From Vicugna vicugna (taxonomy: Eukaryota), in assembly GCA_013265495.1 (NCBI GenBank), contig MU058718.1:2170001-2234000 (forward strand): a DNA stretch of 64,000 nt. The letters are read 5' to 3'. The notes under the pieces are model-generated. The model ran no database searches. It saw only the letters and a program-made list of their open reading frames with translations, and was not told the DNA's origin. This document shows positions 29,091 through 43,101 of the stretch, one piece after another; the stretch's first letter is position 1, and the number at the start of each line of letters is the position of its first letter. The translations under genes and the position numbers were made by a program.

Positions 29091-29710
29091 GTGATCCAGC
29101 AATCCCACTCCTGGGCATCTATCCAGAGGAAACCTTAATTCAAAAAGGCACATGCAGCCCAATGTTCATGGCAGCACTATATACAATAGCCAAATATGGA
29201 AATAACCTAAATGTCCATCGACAGATGACTGGATAAAGAAGCTGTGGTATATTTATACAATGTAATACTACTCAGCCATAAAAAAGAATAAAATAATGCC
29301 ATTTGCAGCAACATGGATGGACCTGGAGATTGTCATTCTAAGTGAAGTAAGCCAGAAAGAGAAAGAAAAATACTATATCACTTATATGTGGAACCTAAAA
29401 AAAAACAGAAAAACATTTACAAAACAGAAATAGAAAACAAACTTATGGTTACCAAGGGGGACAGGGGTGGGAAGGGATAAATCGGGAGTTCAAGATTTGC
29501 AGATATTAACCAATATATATAAAGTAGATAAACAACAAATTCATAGGTATAGCACAGGGAACTATATGCAATATCTTGTATTAACTTATGGTGAAAAATA
29601 TGAAAACAAATACATGTATCTTCATGTGTGACTGAAGCATTATGCTGTACATCAGAAGTTGACACAACATTGTAAACTGGCTATACTTCAATAAAAATAT
29701 TTTTAAAAAA
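29091..29710 (+). mobile_element. 5'-truncated younger L1 inserted in an older MER102-like hAT element (~28955-29907)
   Basis: DPAIPLLGIYPEETLIQKGTCSPMFMAAL ORF2p end, A-rich tail, TSD-like TTAAAAAA(A)TCCA on both sides; host ends TTTGAGTTGAGGACCCCTG. Confidence 0.85.
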
Positions 29711-30063
29711 TTAAAAAATCCAAATTTCTGATTTCTCTTGAAAAAAATCAGATGATTTGGCAATGCTATCTTGCAGCTGGAATGGAATCAATGTAGCTGC
29801 CCTCTTTAGATATGTGCTCTCTAGTACACCATAGTCACTACCACTCCCTACTATCTCTCAAATGGTGGTATCCAGGGTCCTCTAGGCCTTTGAGTTGAGG
29901 ACCCCTGTTTTAAAGAAGCACTGTTTCTTTTTTTTTTTTTTTGAGGGGAAAGTGTAGATAACGGGAAAAAAAGAAAGAAAAAAGGTAGAGAAAGTTCTGC
30001 GGTGAAATTATATATTCAGGATTTCCCTTACCCAAGGATATTTGGGATATGGTGAACAAGGGC

Positions 30064-31470
30064 TTCATTCATTCAATAAATATTTATTAAATACCTACTA
30101 CATGTCAATTATTAACTTAGGTACTAGGGATACAGCAAGAACAGACTTGGTTCCTATTCCTATAATGCTTATAGTTTAATAAGCTCCCACAAAGAAATCA
30201 CACAAATATAAAACTGCAAATGCACAAAAGATATGAAAGAAAGAAGCAATGTCCTCTGAGAGTCTATAATTTTAGAATCTAATCTAGTTAGATAGTTGGG
30301 GGAGGCTTTCCTGAAGAAGTGTTGCCCTGGAGCTGAGAGTATATAAGAGAAGAAAGAAAGAGCATTCTAAGTAGAAAGAAAAACAACATGGCAATATGGA
30401 AAGTCTCTGGGAAAGAAGGGGAATGGTAAGTACAAAGGACTGAAAGAATGCTAAGGGTGGCTCAAGTGGCAGGGAACGAGGAGTATAGTATGAGATGAGG
30501 CTGGAACCACGAAGTGCTTTGTAGTAGGCATAAAAGAGTTCGACTTCTAAGAGTAACCAGAGCCAGTGGAGGAATCTGGGCGTGGGACTTTTATAATTAG
30601 ATTTTTATTTAAAAAGGATAACTCTGGCAAGAGTGTGGAGAACGGACTTGTGAGAGCCAGAGGATACAGACATAGCGATTAAGAGGCCAACTGCCGTAGA
30701 TTAGGCAATAGACAGATGGTAGTATGCAGCAGGCATTATGGATGGGAAGAAGTGAATGAACTAACAGATGTTAGGAGGTAACAGACAGGATCTGGCACTG
30801 GGGTGAATGTGAGGTATGAGGGAGAAGGCACCATCAACAACTCATAGGTCTCTGAATAGATGGACAGCAGTGCCAGTCACTGAGGTTTAGGGGAAGACAT
30901 GTGTACGGTGGGGAGGGAGGAAGAAAGATCATGAGCTCAGTTTGGGATATGCCAAGTCTGAGGGCTTCAGATATCCTTGAGGAGATGTCAAATGGGTAAA
31001 GAAAACAGAAAGTCAGAGCTCAAAGGAGCAGTCTGTGTTAGGATCATAGATATGTATGTGAGTCATCTGCTTTTAAGTGGTATGACACCAAGAATTTGGA
31101 TGCAATCACTTGGCAAGAGCAGGGGACCTTGGCTTAGGTCTTGAGAAACTTCCACCTCTGATGGCAAGGCAGAGGCAGATGAACATGAAGAGAGGCAAGG
31201 CAGTAAAAATATCCAGGACAGTGTGCCAGCCAGTGGAAGTGTTAAGGGGGAAAAATATGGAGTCAACTGCTGCTGAGAGATTAATTTGGGTGAGGACTGC
31301 AAAGTGTCTAATGAACTTGTTGATATGAAAGTCACAATGAGCCTTAGGCAACAGCTATTTTGGTACAGTGATGGGACAAAGCAGATTAGAGTGGATGCAG
31401 AAGTGAGAAGATGGTGAGTGCATACATGGTCACCCCTGAAGAAGTTTGACTATGAAAAAAAGTATGGGGT
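30064..31470 (-). mobile_element. L2 LINE remnant (~1.4 kb)
   Basis: Begins TTCATTCATTCAATAAATATTTATT (reverse of the L2 3' end) followed by a purine-rich L2 body. Confidence 0.8.
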
Positions 31471-31874
31471 AGCTTTTGGTTTTGTTAAGCCTCTATTACT
31501 ATGTTTTATGTTTTATTAATCCCACATTCATTTCCTGCTATTTGTTTCCTTTGGGTTTATCTTTTTTTTTTCTAACATAAATTGGATGCTTATGTAGCTT
31601 GTTAAATTTCAGGTTCTTCTTTTCTAATGTAAACATTTAAAGTTCCACATTTGCCAACTTAGCTGCTTCATTAAAGTTCTGATATGTACTATTTTTAATT
31701 ATCATATTCTAAGTATTTTCTAAATTCCCCTGTGATTCCATCCTTTATCCATGTTTTCCTAAGTGTTTAAATTTTCCTAAACTTTCACAGATTGTTTGTG
31801 TTATGGAATACAAACAATGCTTTGAGGGTGAGAGAATGTAGTCTAAGAAGCCCCAATTCTTTGAAATTTAATAC

Positions 31875-32030
31875 TAATAGCTAATAGCACTACACAGGTA
31901 CCACTCTAAAGATTTTTATATGAATTAATTTACTCCTCACAATAATTCTATAGGGTATGTAGTATTATTATTATTCTCATTTTTATAAATGAGGACATAG
32001 GCACAGAGAGATTAAGTAATTTACCCACGT
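31875..32030 (-). mobile_element. MIR SINE
   Basis: CCTCACAATAATTCTATAGG..CATTTTTATAAATGAGG..GGCACAGAGAGATTAAGTAATTTACCCA. Confidence 0.75.
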
Positions 32031-32189
32031 AAATTTATGAAGTTATACAGAAGTGGAAAGTGACGGGGCTATACTTTTTACAATTCTTCCTCACTTTAGG
32101 TTTTACTCAGATTTAAATTGCAAACAGAACTCTGTACTGTTTGCTTTTTTTGTTGTTTGCTTTTGCTTTTGCTTTTGTTTTTTCTTTGC

Positions 32190-34540
32190 AGGGGGAATCA
32201 ATTTCATTTAGGTATACGAGATGTATGACATAGTGCAATGCATTTAGGGTATACAATTCAATGAGTTTTGTCATACATATATAACCTGTGAAACCACCAC
32301 AACAATCAAATACAGAATATTTCCACACCCACTAGATTTCATCCTACCCCTTTGTGGTATATCCTTCCCTTCTGCCACAGACCCCAAGCAATTGGTGATC
32401 TACTTTTCATGATTATAGGTTAGTTTGCATTTTCTAAAACTTAATATAAATGTAAAGATATAGTATGAGCTCATTTTTGTCTGGTTTCTTTCATTCTACA
32501 TACTGATTTTTAGATTTATCTCTGTTGTTGTGTCTATTACTAGCATGTTCCTTTTTTTTACTACCAAATATATTCCTTTGAATGGTTATATCATTTTTTG
32601 TTTATCCCTTTGCTTTTGATGGATATTTTGGTTAATTTCTGTTTTAGGCTATTGTGAATAAAGCTACTGTGAACATTCATATTTAAGTTTTTTGGCATGG
32701 ACATGTGCTTTCACTTCTCTTGTGTATCAAGAAATTCAATAGCTATTTTATGACATGTTTCACTTTTTAAAGACTGTCAAACTGTTTTCCAAAGTGGTTG
32801 TGAAAATTTACATTTCTGCCACCAGTGTATGTGTTCTAATTGATCAACATCTTTGCCAATACTTGGTATGGTCTTTTTAATCTCAGTCTTTCTAGTTAAT
32901 ATTTAATGGCGTCTCGTTGTCATTGTAATTTTCATTTATCTTGATGACGAATGATCTTAAGCATCTTTTCATGTGCTTTTTGGCCATGAATACATCTTCT
33001 TTTGTAAAGTGTCTGTTAAAATATTTTGTCCACTTTTATTGGATTTTATTACTGAGTTGTAACAATTCTTTATATATTCTGGTTATAAGTACTTTGCCAG
33101 ATACGTATGCTGCAAGTCATTATCTGTTTTGCAAAAAAAAAAAAAAGCTTTTAATTTTGATGAGGTCTCATATGTCAACTCTGGTTCATGCTTTTTGTTC
33201 CCAGTCTGAAAAATCTTTGTCTCCTACGATAATGAAGATTTTCTCCTATTTTCTTCTACAAAGTTTTAGCTTTTACATTTACGTCTATGATCCATGGTAA
33301 GTAGATTTCTATGTATGGTGTGAGGTAAGAATCAATATTCATTTTTCCTTGTATGGATACTCACTTATTTCAGAACCATTCATTGAAAAAAAATTTTCAT
33401 TTCCTCATGAAATTACCTTGGCATCTTTGTAAAAAATCAACAGACTATATACATGTGGGTCTAATTCTGGGTTCTCCATTCTGCTGCATTGATCTATATG
33501 TCTATCCTTCCCCCAGTAAAACAATATCTCAATTACTATAACTTTACAGTAAGTCTTGAAAGCAGGTAGTGTGACCCTCCAACTTTGTTCTTTTTCAAAA
33601 TTGAGCTATTCTAAATCCTTTGTATTTCCACCTACATTTAACAAAAATCTTGGCAACTGCTACCAAAAACTCCTGTTGACATTTTAATAGGGATTGCATT
33701 CCATGTATAGGTCAATTTAGGGGAGAAGTGACATCTTAAAAATAATGATTCTCCCAAGGTATTATTTTGCCATTTACTTAGGCCTTCTTTAATTCCTCTC
33801 AGCAGTTTTTTAGGTTTCAATGTAGAGATCTTACACATCTATTATTACATTTATTCCTCAATATTTTAATTTGGGGGGCACTACTGTAAATGGAATTGCT
33901 TTTATATTTCATTTTCAAATTATTTTCTTTTAGTATATGAAATAATTTTATCTGCAAACTTCTTAAATTCACTTATTAGCTCTAATAGTATTTTATAAAT
34001 TCCTTAAAAATTTTTCACTGAAACAATTATGTCACCTACAAAAGGAGACAATTTTACTTCTTTTAAAAAATTTTTTAAGCCTTCTTTACCCTTACCACAA
34101 TGGCTGAACCTCCAGAACAATAGCTAGGACAGGAGGTGAAGTAACTTCCTTTTGACCTAAGGAGTATTCTTTCAGTCTTTCAATATTAAGTATAATGTTG
34201 GCTGTAGGTTTTCTGTAGATGCTTCTTATTAATTTGGGGACTTACTCTTTTTCTTAGTTTGCCAGAAGTTGATTTTTTGAGTCATGAATGGTTGTTGAAT
34301 TTTGTCAAATTATTTTTATGTGATATGATCTTTTCTTTTACACTGCAAATATGGTTCATTATATTGATTTTTGAATGTTAAATCACCGTTGCTTTCTTGG
34401 GATAAAACATGTTTGGTCAGGATATGTTATCCTTTTAAAATATATTTGGATTTGATTTGTGAAGGATTTTTACATTTGTGTTCATGAGAGATATTTGTAG
34501 TTTTTTTTTATAATAGTTTTTTCTGACTTTAGTATCATTT
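32190..34540 (-). mobile_element. Old L1 (3' UTR and ORF2 remnant)
   Basis: Antisense L1 motifs; ORF 33638-33838 contains PKLTYTWNAIPIK, cf. the ORF2p PKxIYRFNAIPIK motif. Confidence 0.85.
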
Positions 34541-34929
34541 AGTCCTCACAACAACCCTGTGGGGTATGCAATATTGTTATTCATTTTTGGAAGTGGGACA
34601 TAGGCAGAGCCGAGTGTTTGAGATGCACTCTCAATCACTATCTCACTGCCTCTAATTTGTTAAGTGTTGCTTTCAAGCTGTGTTATGAAAGCATGTCTTG
34701 TATGTTGTCAACTTCTAAAAATGTTCTATGTGTTAATAAATTGTATTCAATGAATGGCTATTTTTTGTATTTCCTTATAGATTTTTTATATTCCTTGTAT
34801 TTTTCCAACAGCAGAAAGCTGGGAAATTCATAACTATGTGGAAATTAAACAACACACTTTTGAACAACCATTGGTTCAAAGAAGAAACCAAAAGGGAAAT
34901 TAGAACATATTTCAAGATACACAAAAACG

Positions 34930-37900
34930 ATGTTAGTTGTAGTTTTTCATATATGACCTTTGTTATGTTGAAGTAATGTTCTTCTGTTCCTAGTTTGTTG
35001 ACAGTTTTTATCATGAAAGGGTGTTAAATTTTGTCAAGTGCCTTTCCGCATCTATTGAAAAGATAATGTGAATTGTCTTTTATTCGATTAACGTGGTGTA
35101 TTACATTAATTGATTTTCCTAAATTGAACCATCCTTATATCCCAGGGATAATTCCCACTTGGTCACAGTGTATGATCCTTTTAATGTGCTGCTGGACTCA
35201 GTCTGCTAGTATTTTGAGGACTTTTGCATCAGTACTCATCAGGAATACTGGTCTGTAGTTTTCTTTTCAGGTGGTGTCTTTGGCTTTGGTATCAAGGTGA
35301 TGTTGGGGTCTGAGTTAGGAAGTGTTACATCCTCTTCAATTTTTTCTAAGTTTTTGAGAATAACTGGCATTAATTCTTTAAATATTTGGTTGAATTCTCC
35401 AGTGAAGCCATCTGGTTCTTGGTTTATCTCTTTTGGGAGGTTTTAAATTATTGATTCAATCTTCATACTAGTTAGAGGTCTGTTCAGACTTTGTTTCTTC
35501 ATGATCCAGTCTTGGTAGACTGTCTGTTTCTGGGAGTTTATCCATTTCTTCTAGGTTATTCAGCTTGTTGGTGTATAATTGTTTATAGTAGTCTCTTACG
35601 ATCATTTTTATTTGTGCTGTCAGTTGCAGTATCTCTTCTTTCATTTTTGCTTTTGTCTTTTTTTCTCATTAGCCTAGCTTAGAGCTTATCAATTTTACCT
35701 TTCCAAAAACCTTAATTTTTTTCCTATTGTTTTTTATATCTATTTCATTTATTTCTGTTCTGATCTTTGTTATCTCCTTTCTTCTGCTAACTCTGGGCTT
35801 AGTTTGTTCTTTTTATAGCTCTTTGAGTTGTAAAGTTAGGTTGTACATCTGAGATCTTTTTTTTTTAAACATAGGTGTTTATCACTATGGACTCTCTTGG
35901 TACTGCTTTTGCTGCAACCCATAAGTTTTGGTATGTTGTGTTTTCTTTTGTCATGATATATTTTCTCATTTCCTCTTTGATTTCTTCTTAGACCCAGTGG
36001 TTGTTCAAGAATGTGTCAATGTCCACATAGTTGTAAACATTCCAGTTTTACTTCTGCTATTGACCTCTAGTTTCATTCCACTGCGGTCAGAAAAGACACT
36101 CTGTATGATTTCAATCTTAAATTTGCTAACACTTATTTTGTGATCTCACAAGTGATCTACCCTGGAGAAAGATCCATGTGTGCTTGAGAAGCATGTGCAT
36201 TTTGCTGCTCTTGGGCAGAATGTTCTGCATATGTCTGTTAGTGGCATTTGGTTCACAGTATTGCTCAAGTGCTCTGTTTCCTTATTGATCTTCTTTCTGG
36301 ATGTTCTACTCATTATTGAAAGTGGGGCACTGAATTCTCTTACTATTACAGTATTCCTTCCTTATTTCTCCCTCTAGTTCTGTCAATATTTGCTTTGTAT
36401 GTTTAGGTACTTGGATGTTAGATGCATATTTATTTATAATTGTTTTATCTTCCTGATGGATTGATCCTTTTATCGCTATATAATGGCCCTCTTGCCTCTT
36501 TCGACATTTTTTGACTTTAAGTAAAGCAACCCCTGCATTCTTTGGGTTACTATTTGCATATTATCTTTTTCCACCCTTTCTGTTTTAGTCTATGCACATC
36601 CTTAAATTTGAAAGTGAGTTTCTTGTAGACAGCATAAAATTGGGTCTTTGATTTTTTTTAACCATTCAGCAATTCTATGTCATTTGATTGGGGAGTTCAA
36701 TCCATTTAAAGTAAGTATTGATAAGAAAGGATTTATATTAACATTTTGTTGATGTTTTTCTGTCAGTCTTATAGTTCTTTGGTCTATCACTTCTTTGCTT
36801 GCTGTTTTTCTGTTTTCTTAATTTCTTTGGTATTGATAGTGCTTTGATTCCTTTCCCTTTTAATTTTGTGTAACTTCTGTATTTGTGTTTCTGTGTGTGT
36901 GTGTTTGCGCGCACACGCATGTGCGCATGTGAGTACCTTGGAGCTTACAAAAAATATCTTACATTAAGTCTATTTAAAGCTGATGACAATTTAAATTCAA
37001 ATGCATACAAAAACTCTGCATTTTAACTTCTTCCCCCTCAACACAGTTATTCTTGTCAGTATTTACATTTAATTTGTGTATCTTAATATTTTATACTTAT
37101 TTTTACACTTTTTTCTTAACTTTCATACTACAATTAAAAGTGATTTACCCATCACCATTATAGTAATGCAGTATTCTGTATTTGTTTATATATACATCTT
37201 TACTAATGAACTTCATACTTACACTATTGTGTTACCATTTAGCATCCTTCTGTTTCAACCTAAACCCCTATAAGGCAGGTCCAGTGATGAACCCTTTCAG
37301 CTTTTGTTTATCTGGGAAAGTCATTATCTCTCCATTTTTGAAGGATAGTTTTGCAGAATATATTATTCTTGCTTGGCAGTTTTATTTCCTTCAGCACTTT
37401 AAATAGATCATCCTGCTGTCTTCTAGCCTGCAACATTTCCACTGAAAAATCTCTTATAGTCTTGTAGCTGTTCCCTTGTATGTGACAAGCTTCTACTTTC
37501 TCTGCTTTCAAAATTCTCTTTGCTGATAATTTGATTATAATATGTCTTGGTGTGGATTTCTTTGAATCCCTTTGACTTATTGAATCTAGATGTCCATTTC
37601 CTACTCCAGATTTGGGAAGTTTTCAGTCATTATTATTATTTTTGAATAAGCTTTTACTTTCTTCTCTGTCTGGAACTCAGTGCACATATTGGCTTGCTTG
37701 ATGGTGTACCATAAGTTCCCTCAGCTTTGTTCAGACTTTTTAATTTTTCTTTTCTGACTGAATTATTTTCAGTGACTTGTCTTTGAGTTCATTGATCCTT
37801 TCTCCTGTTTGATCTAGTCTGTTGATGAACTGCTCAGGTGAATTTTTCACTTCAGCTTTTGTGTTATTCAGTTCTATGGATTTCTGTTTTGTACTTTTTA

Positions 37901-38700
37901 AAATTCTCTATCTCTGTTGAAATTCTCATGCTTTGTTAAAATTGTTTATGCTTTGTTCTCTTGCTGGCGGTTAGCATCTTTATGACAGTTATTTTGAATG
38001 CTCTGTCAGGTAACTCATATAGCTCTGTTTCATTAGGGTTTCTGGATATTTATCTTACTTTGTTTGAAACATCTTTGTCTGATTCTTCATTTTTGACACT
38101 TTACACTAGAGTCTGTGCATTAGACAAAACAGGCACCTCTCATAATCTTCATGGAGTAGCCTTGTAAAGAAGGCCATCATAGATCAGCTTGTTCAGAGAG
38201 TCTAGGGGCTTCTAAAAACTCTTCCCCTTCCCAGGGAGTAGCAGAAAGCTTTAGTTCTAGTTTGCACACTCTGTGCTGAGTTGACGAAGGAGGGGAGATA
38301 TGTTGTCTCCCAGTTCAAATTGCTGTCTCTATTCTTCTCTAGGTGGCTAGACTATACTGGACCCATTAGAGCTCTAAGACCAGCAAGACAGAAGCCTGAC
38401 CTCTGGGAGCTCCCTAGGAAAAGCTGGGGTGCTGGATGTGTGAACTAACTCCTTGCCTCCTCTGGGAGAAGCTGCCCTCTTCCCAATTATATGGTGCTAT
38501 GCTGGGGTCAGGGACTCTGATGAGAGTCTGTCCCAAATCTCACTACTGGTTTTGGGATTGTGGTTTTGTGTTCACTGGGTGCAGGAGCCTTTCAATTAGT
38601 TTCTGGATTTCTCACAAAGGGAATTTGTGAACTGTTGCATGTTTGTACAGGGATAGAGAGTCCATGGCTCCCTACTCCCCTACACCACCATCTTGCTGAT
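34930..38700 (-). mobile_element. L1 retaining 5' region, ORF1 and 5' half of ORF2, lacking its 3' end
   Basis: MIKTVNKLGTEEHYFNITKVIYEK at the left break (ORF2p RT region); IRDFSVEMLQARRQ (ORF1p) near 37.4 kb. Confidence 0.85.
36892..36931. repeat. Alternating purine-pyrimidine (TG/CG/CA) microsatellite
   Basis: TGTGTGTGTGTGTTTGCGCGCACACGCATGTGCGCATGTG. Confidence 0.85.
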
Positions 38701-40496
38701 GTCACCCTCAATATGGCTTTTACTTAACCCTATTGTTGACAGTTTCATTGTTGGTAGAATTTTAGGTTGCTGGTTATTTTCTCTCAGCATTTTGAAGATG
38801 TTTCACCATCTCATGGATTCTTTAGCTGTTAATAAAATTTCGACACTCAAACTGATTTTCATTCCTTTGTTGGTAATATCATCCTCTGTCTAGTTGTTTT
38901 AAAAATATTTTGTCTTTGGTATTTTGAGGTTTTACTCTGTGTTCATTTTCCTTTAACCTGTCTTGGATTTTTTTGACTCTCTGAATCTGAAATTTGGTAT
39001 CTTTCATTGATTTGGGAAAACTCTGGGTCATTATTCTTGAGTAGTTTCTCTGAAATTCCAATTAAATATACATTGGAGCTGCTCATTATATTTTCATTCT
39101 CTCTTAATCTCTTGTTCATATTTTCTGTCTTTTATTTCCCTGGGCTATATTCTGGGTGAATTTTTCCCCTCAGATCTTCTAGCTTATTGATTTTTTTAAA
39201 CTATTTAATCTGCTCAGTTCATTTCAGTTTCTGATTTTAATTGTATTTTTCATTTAAAAATGATTTATTTCCAAATACGCCTAGTAAATTTTGATTATTT
39301 CTTTATCATTTATCAGTATTATTTACTTTTTTAAATCAGACAAATGAATATTTCATACTATCTGATAATTCTGACATCTTCAGTCATTGCAGGTAAGAGT
39401 CCCTAGAGTGATTTTGAGTTCATGTTCCTTGGAATTTTATTCGTCAGGATTCTGGGCATAAAGTATACTCTCCACAGATTATTTGCATTTGCCTTTTCCA
39501 GGTGTGTGAGGTTACTACCAAGCAAGGATAATATTATACTACATTTTTCAGGTTGGGTTTTTTCCCTTCTCCAAAATCACAGAAGTGTGATTTCAGGCTT
39601 CAAACTTGTGTGAGAATAAGCTTGTTATATATTCTCAGGGAAGAAATTATCCCTCCTAATTTGTACCTCCTTCACCCAGAGCCAAAGCAGAGAAAAGCAC
39701 AAATCCCATTATCAACCTCTGAGGACCTACTTATTTTTCCCCTAATTCATCCACTGGAGATGTCCATTTTGAGAATTCTAGCATTAAGCTAGAGAGGATG
39801 AGGTCTCTGATTAGACCTCATCACAAGTACTGCCTCCAATGTCACCTTTTCAGAACCCCAACACATTAAAATCCAGGCTTTAGGCTAGCAGAAAGCAGCT
39901 AACAAGTACTCTCAACCCCAAGACAAACATCTGTGTGGTACTTTATCATTTCATACTCACTTCTTCTTCTGTGGTTTCTTGCCTCTGAGGAGTTTCCTCA
40001 CTTACCAGCTCAATCATTCAATGAAAGGGGTTAAATGCTCTCTGCAGCACTTTAAGGCATTTCTCTGAGTCTTTGTTCAGTCAGATGGCCCCAGTCTCTA
40101 CTTCTATAAACTATGAGGTGAGGGTCATACAATGAGTATGAAAGAGGAAGAAGGAGTTTGCTGGACAGTGGAAAAGGTTTGAAATGGTGGAAAATGGGAA
40201 AGAAAGTTAAACAGTGAAACACTAAATAATAAACAGAATTAATGGTATTCAGAAAAATTCATAGGGAAAGATCACTTGACAAGAATTTATAGCCCCTGGG
40301 CTATAAGGTAGTCTCATTTCTGATACATATTAGCCATAAAACCTTGGATAAATCACATCCTGTTTATATCTACCTACTTCATACGGTTTTGCAGACAAGT
40401 GTTATGAAGTGCTTTGAAAATATTAAATCAGGTGGAATGTAAGGTACTGTAGTCTGTCTTTAGCTATAGAACTGTATCTCAAACTCTTGCCTCACC

Positions 40497-40792
40497 GGGG
40501 AATGGGGGGTGGGAAGGGACTAGGATTTCAAAATGTAGAAAAGATAAACAAGATTGTACTGTGTAGCACAGGGGAATATATACAGGATCTTGTAGTGGCT
40601 CACAGTGAAAGAAAATGTGACAATGAATGTATGTATGTTCATGTATAACTGAAAAAATTGTGCTCTACACTGGAATTTGACACAATATTGTAAAATGACT
40701 ATAACTCAATAGAAGAAATGTTAAAAAAAAACTAAAAAAAATAAAAATAAAAAATAAAGTGATTATAAAACAAACAAACAAACAAACCCAAA
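40497..40792 (+). mobile_element. Short lineage-specific L1 3' end with 18-bp TSD
   Basis: TSD TCAAACTCTT(G/A)CCTCACC at 40479-40496 and 40793-40810; composite A-rich and (CAAA)n tail. Confidence 0.88.
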
Positions 40793-42914
40793 TCAAACTC
40801 TTACCTCACCAATGATCTTAGGAAAAATAGAATCAAGTTAATGAGTAAAGTAGTTTAGTGGATTTGGACAAAAACAATTTATAATCACAGTTACAGATTT
40901 AAAAAAATCCAACATGGAACAGAACCATGATTTTCAGTAAATAGTAAATGACATGATATGAAACTTACTTGTTTTGTAGATTTTTCTGTTTAATAGGATT
41001 TGCTGAACTTAAATTAGTAAAGCCCTAATTACTGTGGGCCATTTGCCATGATATAAAAATAGTTTTGCTAGGTAAAACTCTAATATATTAAAATGGCTTC
41101 ATTGGTAAGATTTTACCTGTAGTGATCAAAATTAACTATCTAACCCAAGAAAATCTAAGAGAATCTCAGCATTCATATCATAGCCAGAAAACATAAAGAT
41201 CCCAGAAAGTACACAAATAATTTACCTCATGTGTTCATCAAAATTAAGTTAACTCTTAAATTTTAGACGGCTAAATATTTTCAAGATTTTGGCCTTTTCA
41301 AGATTGTCATTCAAAAATATATTCACTGTTGTTCTATGAGATAAAAATATGAGAAAATAACTTCTTATTCTTAAGGAGTTTCCATTTTAGGTGGTTAATA
41401 TACTTTTGTGAGAAATCACAGAACATTGTAACAAAACCGAAGCACCTATAAGTTGAACATACCATTAATATTTGGAAGAACATATCCAACGTCAGGGACA
41501 ATGATAGCATCTATGAATGTAAGAATTAAGATTCTGAATTTAATTTTCCTAGTTGTTTTGGCATTGTGATTTAGTCACTGCATTTTATCCTGATTAAGCA
41601 ACTGGCACTCAGGTTACAAAATTGCAAGAAAAAATGTCAATATGAGTCTTAATGATGAACTCATTGACTTTGGCATGAATCACAATATACTCCAACTCTC
41701 ATTTTAAGTCCTTTTACTTGTTCCAATGGTAGACAGCATGTCTTATCAGATAATCTGTTTTAAAGACTGAAATCTTCTTTGGTAAAAGTGCAGGAGTGTG
41801 AACCTTTCTCTGGTAAAGTACATGCTCTATTGGTCATGCCAGAAGAAGTTCAATAGGTGTTAGTAGATTAGCGTACAGGGCTCCCCCACCCCACCTATCT
41901 GCTTTTCAGGAGGTTAAGTATGGTAAGTCTAATTATTTCAGAAAGGGCTATTTCCCCTTATCTCAATTCCATTCAAGTGTAGTCAACAAAAGAAAAAAGT
42001 GGCTTAGGCAGTCTTAACTTTTTGAAAACTTATTTTTAGGAGAACCATTAAATGTGTTCAAAGTAGTAACGGTTGTTTCACTAATTTATTTTTATACTGC
42101 TCCATGGTTCTTTGTAACTAAGCCCCTAAAGTTAGAATGTTTTTAATTAGTGAGAAATGGATACAAAAAATACTTCAAAGAGGTCAAAAGTAAAATGAAA
42201 TTGGCATTTAATATGCCAGTAAAGATAGAGTGATTTGGTAATCAAGAAGCACCAACTATTAAAACAGAAGGGCTTTTTGGTTTAAAAAAATCAAATGTTA
42301 GTGAGTTTTGTATTTGTCACTATGTAGTCTTTCCCTACCACTTTGCTATAATACAAAGAACTCACCAGGAAAGCTTCATTCATTCAGAATGATCAACAGA
42401 CATGTGCTTCCATTTACATGGAATTGATATAAAAATTGGAATTCAAATACTTTAAAAAAAATAGACTCCTCTAGATTTTTTTCTAATGAATAAGGAAATG
42501 ATTTCTGGATAAAACATCTCTCTTTAAACAGGTTGAAAATGTGTTAAGTATACTCATGTCTTAAAATTGTTAATTTTATTATAAAAAGACAAGGATAGAT
42601 AACCTCCACTCTTTCTAGGAGACACTACAAAAAGGAAAAAGCTTTAGTCCGGCTTCTTCCCAAATTATGTTTTCCTAGGTTAACAGAATTTTATTGCTTT
42701 TTAAAAAGTACATCACACTAACAAGAGATCCATTTAACAGGAAAATTTTAGACATTCAAATTCTTCCTCATTAGCTTGGAATAACAGCAATAAAAGTCTG
42801 AAAACCTAACCTGGACATTGTGTAGTTTATGCTGTAGAAGTATACTTTTAGAATTCTGAGCTTAAAAAAAAGATGCTTTTTTTTTCTATTGTGATAGTGT
42901 TTAGTTACTTTGTG

Positions 42915-43101
42915 TTTACCTCGGGGTGAGAGGTATGACTGGAAGAGGGTACAAGGGGACCTTCTGGGGCACTGTAAATGCTATGTATCTTAATCTGGGT
43001 GGTGGCAATGAGTGTATGCACACGAAAAATTTCACCTAGCTGTACATTTAAGCTTTATGCACTTTATGGTACACATCATATTTCAAGAAAAATGTAAAAA
43101 G
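42915..43101 (+). mobile_element. Ancient L1 3' fragment with preserved 19-bp TSD
   Basis: AGTGTTTAGTTACTTTGTG (42896-42914) and AGTGTTTAGCTACTTTATG (43102-43120) flank TATCTTAATCTGGGTGGTGG..AGCTGTACATTTAAG. Confidence 0.8.
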
